Source of the DNA: a bacterium
Lineage (GTDB): Bacteria > Acidobacteriota > Blastocatellia > Pyrinomonadales > Pyrinomonadaceae
Assembly (NCBI GenBank): GCA_040003675.1
Contig: JBDUCC010000001.1
Coordinates: 1 to 53,518, forward strand
Reading direction: 5' to 3'
Length of the DNA: 53,518 nucleotides
Shown: in pieces, positions 25,814 to 38,907 of the stretch
Numbering within the stretch: position 1 is the first letter of the stretch
How the letters are laid out: each line of letters starts with the position of its first letter
Notes under the pieces: generated by a model
The model's database searches: none
Told to the model about the DNA's origin: nothing
Seen by the model: the letters and a program-made list of their open reading frames with translations, nothing else
Program-made: the position numbers and the translations under genes

Positions 25814-25941
25814 CAGCAGATTACGCAGATTTCACAGATTTCTTCTCGACAGCGACGACGTGATTCTTACTCCAATGTGGGCGGACGGCTATTAACGTTT
25901 TAGCGTTTTACCCTAATCTGTGGAATCTGCGTAATCTGCGG
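25814..25941. repeat. hairpin of inverted 9-nt arrays (cagattacg / aatctgcgt) between the two ATPase genes
   Basis: cagcagattacgcagatttcacagatt (25814-25840) faces aatctgtggaatctgcgtaatctgcgg (25915-25941). The right arm encodes the C-terminal ...SADYADSTD and the TAG of the upstream gene. Confidence 0.9.
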
Positions 25942-26950
25942 ATACTTTCTGATGGTCGGCGGCAACCGCAGCCGCCAAATCAAACAGCACGCATCGAACC
26001 TTCACACCGCCTTCTAAATCGTAAAACGGTATCTCTTCCGCAGTGCAGCGCGGCATACGATACGGACAGCGCGGCGCGAAATGACAACCGGGCGGAAGAT
26101 CCGTCGGGCTGGGAACCGTCCCTTCGATTGTCTCCAGTCGTTCGGCTTTGCCGGCAGCCGCACTGGTAAGTTTCGGGACGGATCGCAGCAATCCTTCGGT
26201 GTAGGGATGGCGCGGCCGTGCAAATAATTCTTCAACCGGCGACTCTTCGACAATGCGGCCGGTGTACATAACTGCTACCCGATCGGCAACTTCAGCGACG
26301 ACGCCAAGATCGTGTGTTATTAGAAGCACTGCCAGCTCGCGATTCTTTCTGAGCTCATTTAACAACTCGAGAATCTGCGCTTGAATAGTAACGTCCAATG
26401 CCGTCGTCGGCTCGTCGGCAATCAATAGTTTCGGATCGCAGGCCAGGGCCATTGCGATCATCACACGCTGGCGCATGCCGCCCGAGAGTTGATGCGGGTA
26501 ATCGTCGATGCGTCGCGCCGGATCGGGAATGGAGACTTCGCGCATCGCCTCAATAGCGCCTTCGCGCGCGGCTTTGCGCGAAAGTTTGCGATGCAAGCGC
26601 AGGGCTTCGGCAATCTGTTCGCCAACGGTGAAAACAGGATTCAGGGACGTCATTGGATCCTGAAAGATCATCGCAATGTCGTCGCCGCGAATCGCGCGCA
26701 TCTCACTATCTGATAGTTTCAGCAAATTCCTGCCGTCAAAACTAATCTCCCCACCAACAATCTTTCCCGGCGGCGCGATCAGCCGCATGATCGAAAGCGC
26801 AGTGATTGATTTGCCACAACCGGATTCGCCAACCAGCCCCAGCAGCTCGCCTTTATCTATGTAAAAGCTCACGCCATCGACCGCGCGCACCAAACCGGCA
26901 CGCGTGGGAAAGTGTGTTTGCAGATTATTTACTTCGAGCAGGTGTGACAT
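25913..26950 (-). CDS. oligopeptide/dipeptide ABC transporter ATP-binding protein (OppD/DppD type)
   Basis: It has [34 protein letters not shown] and [11 protein letters not shown] 26950 ([10 protein letters not shown]) is preferred; it lies 2 nt after the mutase stop. Confidence 0.85.
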   Translation of the reverse strand: MSHLLEVNNLQTHFPTRAGLVRAVDGVSFYIDKGELLGLVGESGCGKSITALSIMRLIAPPGKIVGGEISFDGRNLLKLSDSEMRAIRGDDIAMIFQDPMTSLNPVFTVGEQIAEALRLHRKLSRKAAREGAIEAMREVSIPDPARRIDDYPHQLSGGMRQRVMIAMALACDPKLLIADEPTTALDVTIQAQILELLNELRKNRELAVLLITHDLGVVAEVADRVAVMYTGRIVEESPVEELFARPRHPYTEGLLRSVPKLTSAAAGKAERLETIEGTVPSPTDLPPGCHFAPRCPYRMPRCTAEEIPFYDLEGGVKVRCVLFDLAAAVAADHQKVSADYADSTD

Positions 26951-26952
26951 CT

Positions 26953-28563
<1,611 letters not shown>

Positions 28564-28636
28564 TGATCGTTAAATCGAGTCCTTAGTTGAAGCAAAGCGT
28601 AACATAAGTTTAGCTAGTCATCGCCACTTGAGTGCA

Positions 28637-28749
28637 GAACCGCGAGCGGTAGCGACCGGATGCCGGCATTCAGCCAGAGTAAAGATGATCCCACAAAACT
28701 TTCGATCCTCTCGTTGGGTGTAGCATCCGGTCGCTACCTCTCGCGGTTC
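28637..28749. repeat. long inverted repeat (non-tandem type) in the mutase/rlmI-like divergent region
   Basis: gaaccgcgagcggtagcgaccggatgc (28637-28663) faces gcatccggtcgctacctctcgcggttc (28723-28749). The arms are 27 nt with about 2 mismatches, and the loop is 59 nt. Confidence 0.9.
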
Positions 28750-28807
28750 CGCAAACTTTGCTCTTTTAGGGAACGACCCTTTATTGGTTATAGTGGAATC
28801 AACGAAC

Positions 28808-29968
28808 ATGGACGCAATAATTGTTACAAAACGAGGCGCGGATCGCATTCGCCGCGGACATCTTTGGATCTACCGCAGTGACGTGGTGGATCCGAATCAG
28901 GCGTCGGGCGGATCGATTGTTCGCGTTAAGGATGAACACCGCAATTTCATTGGCCAGGCTTTTTACAGCGACAGCTCGCAAATAGCGCTGCGGTTTTTGA
29001 CGACGTCAGATAAGGCAATAGATCGGGATTGGTGGCGCACGCGGATTCGAGAGGCGGCGGCACGTCGGAAAGTTAGCCAGGAAACAAATGCTTATCGATT
29101 GATCTACTCCGAAGGCGATCTGCTTCCCTCTTTGATTGTCGATCGCTACGGCGATGTGTTGGTTCTACAAACACTCTCCCAGGGATCGGAAGCAATCAAG
29201 CCGCTGCTGGTGGAATTGCTGGCAGAAGAATTCGAGCCGCGCGCAATCATTGAGCGCAACGACGTGCGGGTGCGACAGCATGAAGGGTTGGAACTATTGA
29301 CCGGAACGCTTTATGGCGAGGCGCCGGAAGAGTTTGAAATACTTCAGGACGGCATTCGCTTCATGGTCTCCCCTTTATCCGGGCAGAAGACGGGATCATT
29401 TCTCGACCAGCGTGAGAATCGCCTCGCAGCTCGCAGAGTAGGGCAAGGCCGCGCGCTCGACTGTTTTACGTTCAATGGCGCCTTCGCGCTGCAACTCGCC
29501 GGCGTTTGCGACAACGTAATCGGACTCGACATCTCCTCCGACGCAGTTGCAGCCGCCGAACGCAATGCGCAAATCAATAACATCAACAATGTTGAGTTTC
29601 GCGAGGCGAATGTTTTCGACGCGCTGCGCGAAATGGAAACCAATGACGAACGCTTCGACATCATCGTTTTGGACCCGCCGGCATTCGCTAAAAACCGGGC
29701 CAGTATTGCTCCCGCCGCGCGCGGCTACAAAGAGATCAACCTGCGCGCTATCAAATTACTGAATCCCGGCGGCGTGCTGGTTACCTGCACCTGCTCGTAT
29801 CACATGTCGGAAGAATTGTTTTTGAAACTGATTGCCGAGGCGGCTAATGACTCACACCGGCGCGTGCAGGTGCTGGAAAAGAGAACGCAGGCGAGCGATC
29901 ACCCGATTCTGTTTGGAGTCCCGGAGACTTACTACCTGAAGTGTGTGATTGCGCGGGTGGTTGATTGA
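28808..29968 (+). CDS. rlmI: class I SAM-dependent rRNA m5C methyltransferase, RlmI-like (PUA plus MTase)
   Basis: It has the N-terminal RIRRGHLWIYRSDV (PUA-like), QKTGSFLDQRENR, and DPPAFAK plus TCSY motifs. ATG 28808 is preferred over TTG 28784. Confidence 0.75.
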   Translation: MDAIIVTKRGADRIRRGHLWIYRSDVVDPNQASGGSIVRVKDEHRNFIGQAFYSDSSQIALRFLTTSDKAIDRDWWRTRIREAAARRKVSQETNAYRLIYSEGDLLPSLIVDRYGDVLVLQTLSQGSEAIKPLLVELLAEEFEPRAIIERNDVRVRQHEGLELLTGTLYGEAPEEFEILQDGIRFMVSPLSGQKTGSFLDQRENRLAARRVGQGRALDCFTFNGAFALQLAGVCDNVIGLDISSDAVAAAERNAQINNINNVEFREANVFDALREMETNDERFDIIVLDPPAFAKNRASIAPAARGYKEINLRAIKLLNPGGVLVTCTCSYHMSEELFLKLIAEAANDSHRRVQVLEKRTQASDHPILFGVPETYYLKCVIARVVD

Positions 29969-29978
29969 TTCCGATGAA

Positions 29979-31691
29979 CTAACTCTGAGATGTTCCAGTG
30001 CGGACACTTTCGGCGAGACGCTTTGCATCGGGCAGTGCTTCCAGCGCACGCAGCACTTGCGGATCGCTATCGAGCAGCACGCGCGCGCCGGCGTCATTCG
30101 AAAAGCCGGCCGTAACAATCTCTTCGCGCAGCCGCAATTTCACAAAATCCAAGTCTGCCTCAAGTTGAGCAGTAGTCAACTGGGATTCAGCATCGGTGCG
30201 CACGAAGTTGCGAAAAGCTTCCAGCACCCGATCGTTGATCACATACTCTCCGGGCTTTGGGTTCCTTCCGTACCGAACGCTATCAACCTTATAGCCCTCG
30301 AGACCGGGAACCAGCCCAGCGGCCAGTTGCCGCGTAAACTGAAACGCAGCTTCGGCAATTCTGTTTCGCAGCGGCGAAAAGGTCAGGGGCTTAACGTCGA
30401 TATCAGGCGTGATGCCGCCGCCGCCATAGAACACTCGGCCCGCCGCCGTCTTCACTGCGGGACCACTTGGGGGGTGCGGTGTGGGCGAAACCTGCGCCAG
30501 GGGTGAATCACTATTGCGAATGGATGGCGAGCCGGACGACTGTGGTCTAGCTTCATCCGCATCGTGACGAGTGTAATAGTCGTAAAGCGAGCCACTCGAA
30601 TAATCGCGCTGCAAAGAGCGGCCATAGGGAGTGTAGTAACGCGCCGTCGTTAACGTCAGTCCAGTATTAAACGGCAACTGAAATACGTGTTGAACCAGGC
30701 CCTTGCCGAAACTCGTTTCACCCACGATCAAACCGCGACCGTGGTCCTGGATCGCGCCCGCAACAATCTCGGATGCCGACGCAGTGCCGCGATTGATCAA
30801 AATGACTAACGGCACATCTTCCGGATCTGATCCGCTTGATTTGTAAACTATGGGATCGTTGTATTCCGTGCGGCCCTTGACTGACACAACCACCTGGCCG
30901 CGCGGCAAGAATTCGCTGGCAACATCGATTGCCTGGTTAAGCAGGCCGCCCGGGTTGCCGCGCATATCCAGCACAAGCTGGCGCATGCCCTCTTTCTTTA
31001 ACTTACCGATCGCCTCGCGCAACTCTTCATCGCTGGTGCTTTGGAAGCCGCCAGTTAGTCCAACATAACCCGTGCCCGGTCGCAGCATGTAGGCATTGCG
31101 TATTGACGGAAGCGGAACTGAATCGCGAATTATCGTAAACGTAAGTGCGGCTTCCGCCCCCGCACGATCAACTTTTATGGTAACTGGTTCGCCCCGTCCG
31201 CCGCGCACGTTTTTCGAAACTTGTTCGCTGCCCCAATCACGAGCGTCTTTGCCGTCGACCTCGAGGATACGATCTCCATAACGCAATCCAAGGCGACCGG
31301 CCGGCGTGCCTTCGACGGCCGACTGGATATAGACGCCGTCGCGATGGCCCACGATGGTTACGCCGATGCCGTAGAAGCGCGAATCCTGATCCTCTTTCAA
31401 TTTTCTGAATTCGTTGTAAGGGAAATACATTGAATGCGGATCGAGCGTCGAAAGCATCCCCTGGATAGCAGCCTGGGTCGCCTTTTCGTAATCAATATCG
31501 CCGGCATAGCGGCCGGAGATTGTTTCGATCGCTTCGTTGTAATCCTTCTCAATGTCGTCGGCTTGCGCATAAGTGTCGGCGCCGCTGGTGGGCGTGCTAT
31601 GACGAAAGCGCCGGGAGCGGCCAATCGTGCCGCCAACGAGCGCTGCAATCAGGACAATTGCGCAGGCAATAATGGCAAATCGCTTACTCAT
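29979..31691 (-). CDS. S41 family C-terminal processing (tail-specific) peptidase with PDZ domain
   Basis: 570 aa with a signal anchor, a PDZ domain (GDRILEVDGKD), catalytic GTASASEIVAG and SFGKGLVQ motifs, and a long C-terminal extension. Confidence 0.85.
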   Translation of the reverse strand: MSKRFAIIACAIVLIAALVGGTIGRSRRFRHSTPTSGADTYAQADDIEKDYNEAIETISGRYAGDIDYEKATQAAIQGMLSTLDPHSMYFPYNEFRKLKEDQDSRFYGIGVTIVGHRDGVYIQSAVEGTPAGRLGLRYGDRILEVDGKDARDWGSEQVSKNVRGGRGEPVTIKVDRAGAEAALTFTIIRDSVPLPSIRNAYMLRPGTGYVGLTGGFQSTSDEELREAIGKLKKEGMRQLVLDMRGNPGGLLNQAIDVASEFLPRGQVVVSVKGRTEYNDPIVYKSSGSDPEDVPLVILINRGTASASEIVAGAIQDHGRGLIVGETSFGKGLVQHVFQLPFNTGLTLTTARYYTPYGRSLQRDYSSGSLYDYYTRHDADEARPQSSGSPSIRNSDSPLAQVSPTPHPPSGPAVKTAAGRVFYGGGGITPDIDVKPLTFSPLRNRIAEAAFQFTRQLAAGLVPGLEGYKVDSVRYGRNPKPGEYVINDRVLEAFRNFVRTDAESQLTTAQLEADLDFVKLRLREEIVTAGFSNDAGARVLLDSDPQVLRALEALPDAKRLAESVRTGTSQS

Positions 31692-31827
31692 ATCTAATTC
31701 TTAACCTGGAAAACCATGTAAACCATAGGAATCTTAACACAGGCGTACGGTTTTCTTCCGCCACCAGCGAACGGTCCGCGGTGTGGTATATTCGCGGCCA
31801 GAGCCACGCTCCTATCGAAACTAGCGC

Positions 31828-32592
31828 ATGACCCTTTCCCTGTCCATTGTCGTTCCTGCCTACAATGAAGGTTCGCGCCTGGCAAAATCGTTGCGAAATA
31901 TCATTTCCTATCTGCGCGAGTATCCGGCGGAGGGCGAGCTGATCGTGGTGGATGACGGCTCGACCGACAAGACGGCGGACACCGCGCGCCAAGAACTGGC
32001 GGCATCGCCAGATGTACGCGCGTCAGTCATCAGTTATAAATCGAATCTCGGAAAGGGACGGGCAGTCAGGTTGGGACTACTCGCTTCGCGGGGCGATATC
32101 GCCTTGTTTACCGACGCCGATCTGTCCACTCCAATCACTGAGACGCCAAAACTGGTCGATCCGATTGCTCGCAACGAATGCGACCTCGCGTTTGGATCCC
32201 GAGCGCTTGATCGGAGTCTGATTGGCGTGCATCAACCGTGGGCACGTGAGCAGGGCGGCCGCGTATTCAATTTGGCCGTGCGGGTTGCTACCGGTCTTCC
32301 CTTTTGGGACACCCAATGCGGCTTCAAGGCGTTCAACATGAAAGCTTGCCGGCCAATCATCGAAGGCGCAACCATCGATCGGTTCGGGTTTGATGTTGAG
32401 CTACTTTATGTAGCTTATCGCGCTGGTTTACGACTGAAGGAAATTCCGGTGCGTTGGGACCATGCTGAGGGCAGCAAAATTAGCTTCGCCAGCGATAGCG
32501 TGAAGATGTTGAGCGAAGTAGGAAAAATTCGCCAGCAAGCGCGCCGGGGAGTTTATGATCGGGCTATCAGTGAAGTACGCGCGTTACAATAG
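31828..32592 (+). CDS. family-2 glycosyltransferase (polyprenyl/dolichyl-phosphate glycosyltransferase-like)
   Basis: 254 aa with SIVVPAYNE, VVDDGSTD, FTDADLS and DTQCGFK motifs. Confidence 0.8.
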   Translation: MTLSLSIVVPAYNEGSRLAKSLRNIISYLREYPAEGELIVVDDGSTDKTADTARQELAASPDVRASVISYKSNLGKGRAVRLGLLASRGDIALFTDADLSTPITETPKLVDPIARNECDLAFGSRALDRSLIGVHQPWAREQGGRVFNLAVRVATGLPFWDTQCGFKAFNMKACRPIIEGATIDRFGFDVELLYVAYRAGLRLKEIPVRWDHAEGSKISFASDSVKMLSEVGKIRQQARRGVYDRAISEVRALQ

Positions 32593-32619
32593 CTGGAAGT
32601 CCGGCATTCAGGTTTCAGA

Positions 32620-32967
32620 TTGAACGTGTTAACTGCTGAACAATTCCGCGGCATCGTACTTCGGATGGACGGCGCCAGCGAAGGCGCGCACATGGGCCAT
32701 CCTGACTTTCGCGTCAATGGTAAGATCTTTGCAACTTTGTACCCGGATGGCGAATCGGGCATGGTTAAATTAACGCCCGAGCAACAGCAAGAATTTATGC
32801 GCAGGAATTCAGTTGCATTTGTGCCGGCCAGCGGCGCTTGGGGACGACAGGGCTGCACAACCATGAAATTGGCAGCGCTGGATGAAGATATGCTGGGTGA
32901 GGCAATCACACTGGCATGGCAGAACACGAAAAAGCCGGGCGTTGCTAAGCGTAAAAAGAAAAAATGA
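32620..32967 (+). CDS. MmcQ/YjbR family protein
   Basis: 115 aa. It has HMGHPDFRVNGKIFATL and a WGRQGCT pattern typical of YjbR-like proteins. Its stop overlaps the pdxJ start. Confidence 0.6.
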   Translation: MNVLTAEQFRGIVLRMDGASEGAHMGHPDFRVNGKIFATLYPDGESGMVKLTPEQQQEFMRRNSVAFVPASGAWGRQGCTTMKLAALDEDMLGEAITLAWQNTKKPGVAKRKKKK

Positions 32968-33722
32968 CTGCACGACTTAACGTGAACATCGATCACGTCG
33001 CCACTGTGCGCCAGGCCCGCCATGCACCTGAGCCGAGCGTGGTTGCTGCTGCAATGATTTGCGAGCAAGCTGGCGCGGACGGCATTACCGTCCACTTGCG
33101 CGGCGACCGGCGTCACATCCAGGACCACGACATTCGCGCATTGCGCCAGAGCGTAACCACATATTTCAACCTTGAGATGGCAGCAACCGAAGAGATGTTG
33201 AAGATTGCACTCGAGACGCAACCGGATGCGGTGACGCTCGTTCCGGAGAGTCCCGGTGAAGTAACTACTGAAGGTGGATTAAACGTTACCGGCAACATCG
33301 CGATTGTTCGCGCCGCGGTCAGCCGGCTGCGACAGGCCGGGATTCTCGCCAGTCTTTTTATCGATCCGGACACAAAACAGATTGAAGCCGCGCACGAAAT
33401 AAACGCGCAGCAAATCGAGTTGTGCACCGCGCCTTATGCCGAGGCGACTATGGGTGCACGCGGCTTTCACGGCGAAGGCTCTTTACGGGTGGGTCAGGAA
33501 TTGAGAAGACTGCGAGAAGCGGCGGCGTTGGGAATGCAATATGGCTTGTTAATCGCAGCGGGCCACGGACTGACGTATCGCAACGTCGGCGCGGTGGCGG
33601 CAATCTCCGACGTCACTGAATTCAACATCGGTCACAACATCATTGCGCATGCGGTGTTTGTGGGTTTGGAAAGGGCGGTCAGCGAAATGCGCGATACGAT
33701 TTATCTCGGCGCCAGTGGTTAG
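32964..33722 (+). CDS. pdxJ: pyridoxine 5'-phosphate synthase
   Basis: 252 aa with LNVNIDHVATVRQAR, GITVHLRGDRRHI, EFNIGH and other PdxJ hallmarks. Confidence 0.9.
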   Translation: MTARLNVNIDHVATVRQARHAPEPSVVAAAMICEQAGADGITVHLRGDRRHIQDHDIRALRQSVTTYFNLEMAATEEMLKIALETQPDAVTLVPESPGEVTTEGGLNVTGNIAIVRAAVSRLRQAGILASLFIDPDTKQIEAAHEINAQQIELCTAPYAEATMGARGFHGEGSLRVGQELRRLREAAALGMQYGLLIAAGHGLTYRNVGAVAAISDVTEFNIGHNIIAHAVFVGLERAVSEMRDTIYLGASG

Positions 33723-33729
33723 AAGAAGT

Positions 33730-34140
33730 TTAGTTTCTCGAAAAGCCCGCTAGTTGCAGACGGACCACTGAGCGTTCGAGTTTAGCTCGGGCGGTTTCAA
33801 AATCCTCTTCCGTTCCGGTCCAGGACGTCAACTGCTTTTCAATGTGTTCACGGGCCAGACGCGCGCGCGCCGCATCAATTTCTTCCGGCCGTTCCGCCAC
33901 TTCCGCCAACACTGAAACGGTATCGTCCTTCACCTCCACGAAGCCGCCGGAAACGTGAAGCTGCGAAGTCTTACCACCACTGGAATACGAAAGCACGCCG
34001 GTTTGCAGTTGTGAAATCAACGGCGTATGGCCCGGCAGAATACCGAGCTCGCCGCCCAATCCCGGTACCGTGACCATATCGACCGATTCCGAAAGCACGC
34101 GCCGTTCAGGTGTGACTACTTCAAGTTTCAGTTGAGCCAT
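33730..34140 (-). CDS. atpC: F0F1 ATP synthase subunit epsilon
   Basis: MAQLKLEVVTPERRVL...GILPGHTPLI is typical of AtpC. ATG 34140 is preferred over GTG 34152, which lies inside a palindrome. Confidence 0.9.
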   Translation of the reverse strand: MAQLKLEVVTPERRVLSESVDMVTVPGLGGELGILPGHTPLISQLQTGVLSYSSGGKTSQLHVSGGFVEVKDDTVSVLAEVAERPEEIDAARARLAREHIEKQLTSWTGTEEDFETARAKLERSVVRLQLAGFSRN

Positions 34141-34147
34141 AAAAAGT

Positions 34148-34258
34148 GGCACAGACTTTAGTCTGTGTCCGAATCACAGGCTGAACCCTGTGCTACTACG
34201 ATCGTCTTACCCTGTGACACAGACCTTAGGCTGCGTCCCAGCACAGGCTAAAGCCTAT
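34148..34258. repeat. cluster of four short CACAG-type palindromes between atpD and atpC
   Basis: ggcacagac-ttta-gtctgtgtcc (34148-34170), cacagg-ctgaac-cctgtg (34175-34192), cctgtgacacagaccttaggctgcgtc (34211-34237) and cacaggc-taaa-gcctat (34242-34258). Confidence 0.75.
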
Positions 34259-34270
34259 ACCACTGCGGCG

Positions 34271-35860
<1,590 letters not shown>

Positions 35861-36384
35861 TCAAGATACCACAGCGCCGAAAGTTGCGCCAAGCGCGCCC
35901 TTAAATCTACTGAGGAGGTGGTTGCCGAAGTGCGAATCCGTAGCTGCAAACTCTCGCCAAGTTTGTGACTTTAAGGATTATTAGTTTTGGCTGACCAACC
36001 GCGATCAGTTCAAACGAAAACTCCTTTATGCTGCGATGGCCAACGCTTCCTTTCTCTCGATCGAGCGCCAAAATCGTTTGGACCTTGTTTTACGGCGCTT
36101 TTTGCTATGTAAAAATTGCGTATTGAATGTGTAAGGGACTTACCGTAATCTGTTTCTGCAGCATTCAAAGCTGCTTACCCCTCACTCACCGGAACATCGT
36201 TCCGTGCTTTTATCAGAATCGGACCCGAATCTGAGTCCGGGCTTTAGCGAGAATGTCTCTTGCAAGCCACGTGCGATCTGTTGTCAGCGGTACAAGCGGC
36301 CATGATTGCGCACCTCTTATCCTCCCAAACGCGCTCGTTAGTTAACTAAGCCACTTCCTAAATCAACCTAAGGAGACCTGCCTC

Positions 36385-38829
36385 GTGTCGAACCCTCGTG
36401 TGCTCTCGCGTTTCTCACGCGCGAATAAATATTCCAACCGCAGCTATTGGTTGCGTGCGGTGATGGTAATCACGGCGATTGCCGGCCTGGCTGCGCTGCC
36501 GTTCTATGGCCTTGCGCAGAATGATTCGATCAATCAAGTCTCCCGCTATCAATCTTCTTCAGACGGTTCCGCATTCCTCATTTACCAGGGCGCTAATGGC
36601 CAGACCGTTTGTCGCGATGCCACGCTTGCTGAGGGACGCGCTATCAACAACAGCGCCAGCTCTTACGGCTTTCATCAAATCAACCACCTCCGCAATAAGG
36701 CAGAGCTCGCCAGTGATGGTTCGGGTGAGGTCACAGCCGCCAACGGATTAACAATTGTCCTCAGGGCAAGCGCACAACTAGATCAAAACCCGCAGGCGAA
36801 GGCCGCGTTTATCGCTGCTGCTGCCAAATGGGAAGCACTAATAAAAGATCCTATAACCGTCGTTATCGACGTCGACTTTGGACCGACCGTCTTTGGAATT
36901 GCGTTTCCCAGTTCAAACACTCTTGGATTGACCGCCACTCAGGAGCTTTACTACGTGGGCAACTATTCCGACATACGTGGCCGGCTGGTCAGTCACGCTT
37001 CCAGTCCGTCGGAATCTGCCCTGGACAGCGCTCTGCCCGCCGGCGGTTTGCCGACAGATCTCGGTAATGCGAATACACTTTTCGTGGCCAGCCCGATATT
37101 GCGCGCGCTGGGCTCCATCAGTCCTGTTGCCAGTCCCGAAACTGAGCCATACGGTGGTGCACCGAAAATTGGCTTTAACTCCGCCTTTGGTTTTGACTTC
37201 GATCCGAGTGACGGGATAACCGGTAACCGAACCGACTTTGATGCGGTTGCCGTTCACGAGATTGGACACGTGCTGGGTATCGGCTCGGAGGTTGGTGTTC
37301 GCGAATTGGACCCGTCGCAACCAGTGTTTGCCACTGTCTGGGATCTGTTTCGCTTCCGGCCCGGTACCGCAAACCTGAACACATTCGGTACGGCCCAGCG
37401 AATCCTTTCCTCCGGTGGTTCGCAAGTTCAATTCAATGGTGGATCGGAACTTGGCCTTTCCACGGGACGGCCCGATGGTAGTGGCGGAGACGGTAATCAA
37501 GCCAGTCACTGGCGCGATGATGGGAACGTAAGTGCAAATTACATTGGCATCATGGATCCGAGCATCATGCGCAATACGCGCCAAACGATGACCGCGAATG
37601 ACATGAACCTCATGGATTCGCTGGGTTACACGATTGATGCTCTTCCCACTCCGACTCCCACGCCAACACCGACAGTGAATACTGTTCAATTTACCAGCGG
37701 CACCGCCAGTGCCACTGAGACATTGGGCACCACGACTAAAGTTGATCTGCTTGTGACGCGTACGGGTAACGCATCGGGCGCGGCCACCGTCGATTATGCA
37801 ACGACCGACGGCACCGCCAGCGAACGGTCTGACTACATGGCCTCGCTGGGAACGTTACGATTTGCTGCCGGCGAGACTTCCAAGACTGTTACTGTCTTTA
37901 TCGTCGATGATCGCTATGGCGAAACGCCGGAAATGTTCAACTTGACCCTGAGCAACCCCCTCGGGTGCACGCTCGGATCGCCCGCGGCAGTTGCAGTAAC
38001 TATTAACAGTAACGAGTCAGTTAGCGGAGCTAATCCGCTGAATGACGCCACGTTTGATACCGACTTCTTCGTCCGTCAACAATATCTCGATTTCTTAAAT
38101 CGCGAAGCCGACGCTGGCGGCCTGGCTTATTGGAAGAACCAAATCGATCAATGCGCTGATGCTGCCTGCCGCGATATTAAACGCGTAAACGTGAGTGCGG
38201 CTTTCTTCCTTTCCATAGAATTTCAGCAGACAGGTTACCTCGTCTACAAAACCTATCAGGCTGCCTTGAATTCCGGCGAGACGTTAAGATTCCGGCAGTT
38301 TTTGCCCGACACCCAGGAGATTGGCCGTGGAGTTGTTTTTGGTCAACCTGGTGCTGGTCAATTGCTCGACCAAAACAAGCAGCGCTTTTTCAACGACTTC
38401 GTACAACGGACATCTTTCGTTACGGCTTATCCTGGTTCAATGTCCGCGGCGCAGTTTGTCGACAAGCTCAACAGCAACACTTTTGATCCGCGCAACCCGG
38501 GCTCCGGCGGAGCGCTAACGCAAAGTGAGCGAGACGCACTAGTCAGCCAACTCTCAGCCGATTCTTCATCAGTGAGCCTGCGCGCCCAAGTGCTGAGATC
38601 TATAGCTGAAAACTCAATGTTCAGCACTCGCCAGTCAAACAAGGCATTTGTTTTGATGCAATACTTCGGTTACATGCGCCGGAGTCCGAACGATGCGCCG
38701 GACACTGACTTCGGCGGCTACAATTTCTGGCTCGGCAAGCTCAACCAATTCGATGGCAACTTTGTTAACGCTGAGATGGTCAAGGCGTTTCTGGTCTCCT
38801 TCGAATATCAACTGCGTTTCGCGCCCTGA
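36385..38829 (+). CDS. secreted zinc metalloprotease (HExxH) fused to a Calx-beta domain and a C-terminal DUF4214-like region
   Basis: 814 aa with a GTG start and an N-terminal signal/TM (AVMVITAIAGLAALPF). It has VAVHEIGHVLG, a PTPTPTPTP linker, Calx-beta (ATVDYATTDGTASERSDY...FIVDD...E.F) and DUF4214-like FFVRQQYLDFLNREADAGGLAYW. Confidence 0.8.
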   Translation: MSNPRVLSRFSRANKYSNRSYWLRAVMVITAIAGLAALPFYGLAQNDSINQVSRYQSSSDGSAFLIYQGANGQTVCRDATLAEGRAINNSASSYGFHQINHLRNKAELASDGSGEVTAANGLTIVLRASAQLDQNPQAKAAFIAAAAKWEALIKDPITVVIDVDFGPTVFGIAFPSSNTLGLTATQELYYVGNYSDIRGRLVSHASSPSESALDSALPAGGLPTDLGNANTLFVASPILRALGSISPVASPETEPYGGAPKIGFNSAFGFDFDPSDGITGNRTDFDAVAVHEIGHVLGIGSEVGVRELDPSQPVFATVWDLFRFRPGTANLNTFGTAQRILSSGGSQVQFNGGSELGLSTGRPDGSGGDGNQASHWRDDGNVSANYIGIMDPSIMRNTRQTMTANDMNLMDSLGYTIDALPTPTPTPTPTVNTVQFTSGTASATETLGTTTKVDLLVTRTGNASGAATVDYATTDGTASERSDYMASLGTLRFAAGETSKTVTVFIVDDRYGETPEMFNLTLSNPLGCTLGSPAAVAVTINSNESVSGANPLNDATFDTDFFVRQQYLDFLNREADAGGLAYWKNQIDQCADAACRDIKRVNVSAAFFLSIEFQQTGYLVYKTYQAALNSGETLRFRQFLPDTQEIGRGVVFGQPGAGQLLDQNKQRFFNDFVQRTSFVTAYPGSMSAAQFVDKLNSNTFDPRNPGSGGALTQSERDALVSQLSADSSSVSLRAQVLRSIAENSMFSTRQSNKAFVLMQYFGYMRRSPNDAPDTDFGGYNFWLGKLNQFDGNFVNAEMVKAFLVSFEYQLRFAP

Positions 38830-38852
38830 TTGCGGATCCAGCCAACAGAAAA

Positions 38853-38895
38853 GCCCTGCCGTTTTTATTAAGCGGCAGGGCAATTTTCTTTTCGG
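38853..38895. terminator. bidirectional intrinsic terminator between convergent genes
   Basis: GCCCTGCCG-N11-CGGCAGGGC has a T-rich run downstream (aattttcttttc) and an A-rich run upstream (cagaaaa). Confidence 0.75.
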
Positions 38896-38907
38896 CTGAC
38901 GAGTGAG

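Noticed and set aside
36913-37689. 258-aa ORF on the - strand, plus similar long antisense ORFs at 4159-4698, 5119-5736, 7861-8310, 17872-18366, 32553-33221 and 50059-50583
   Set aside because: Each lies completely within or opposite a gene with clear family motifs. None has a recognisable domain, and all have skewed composition. They are treated as non-coding shadows.
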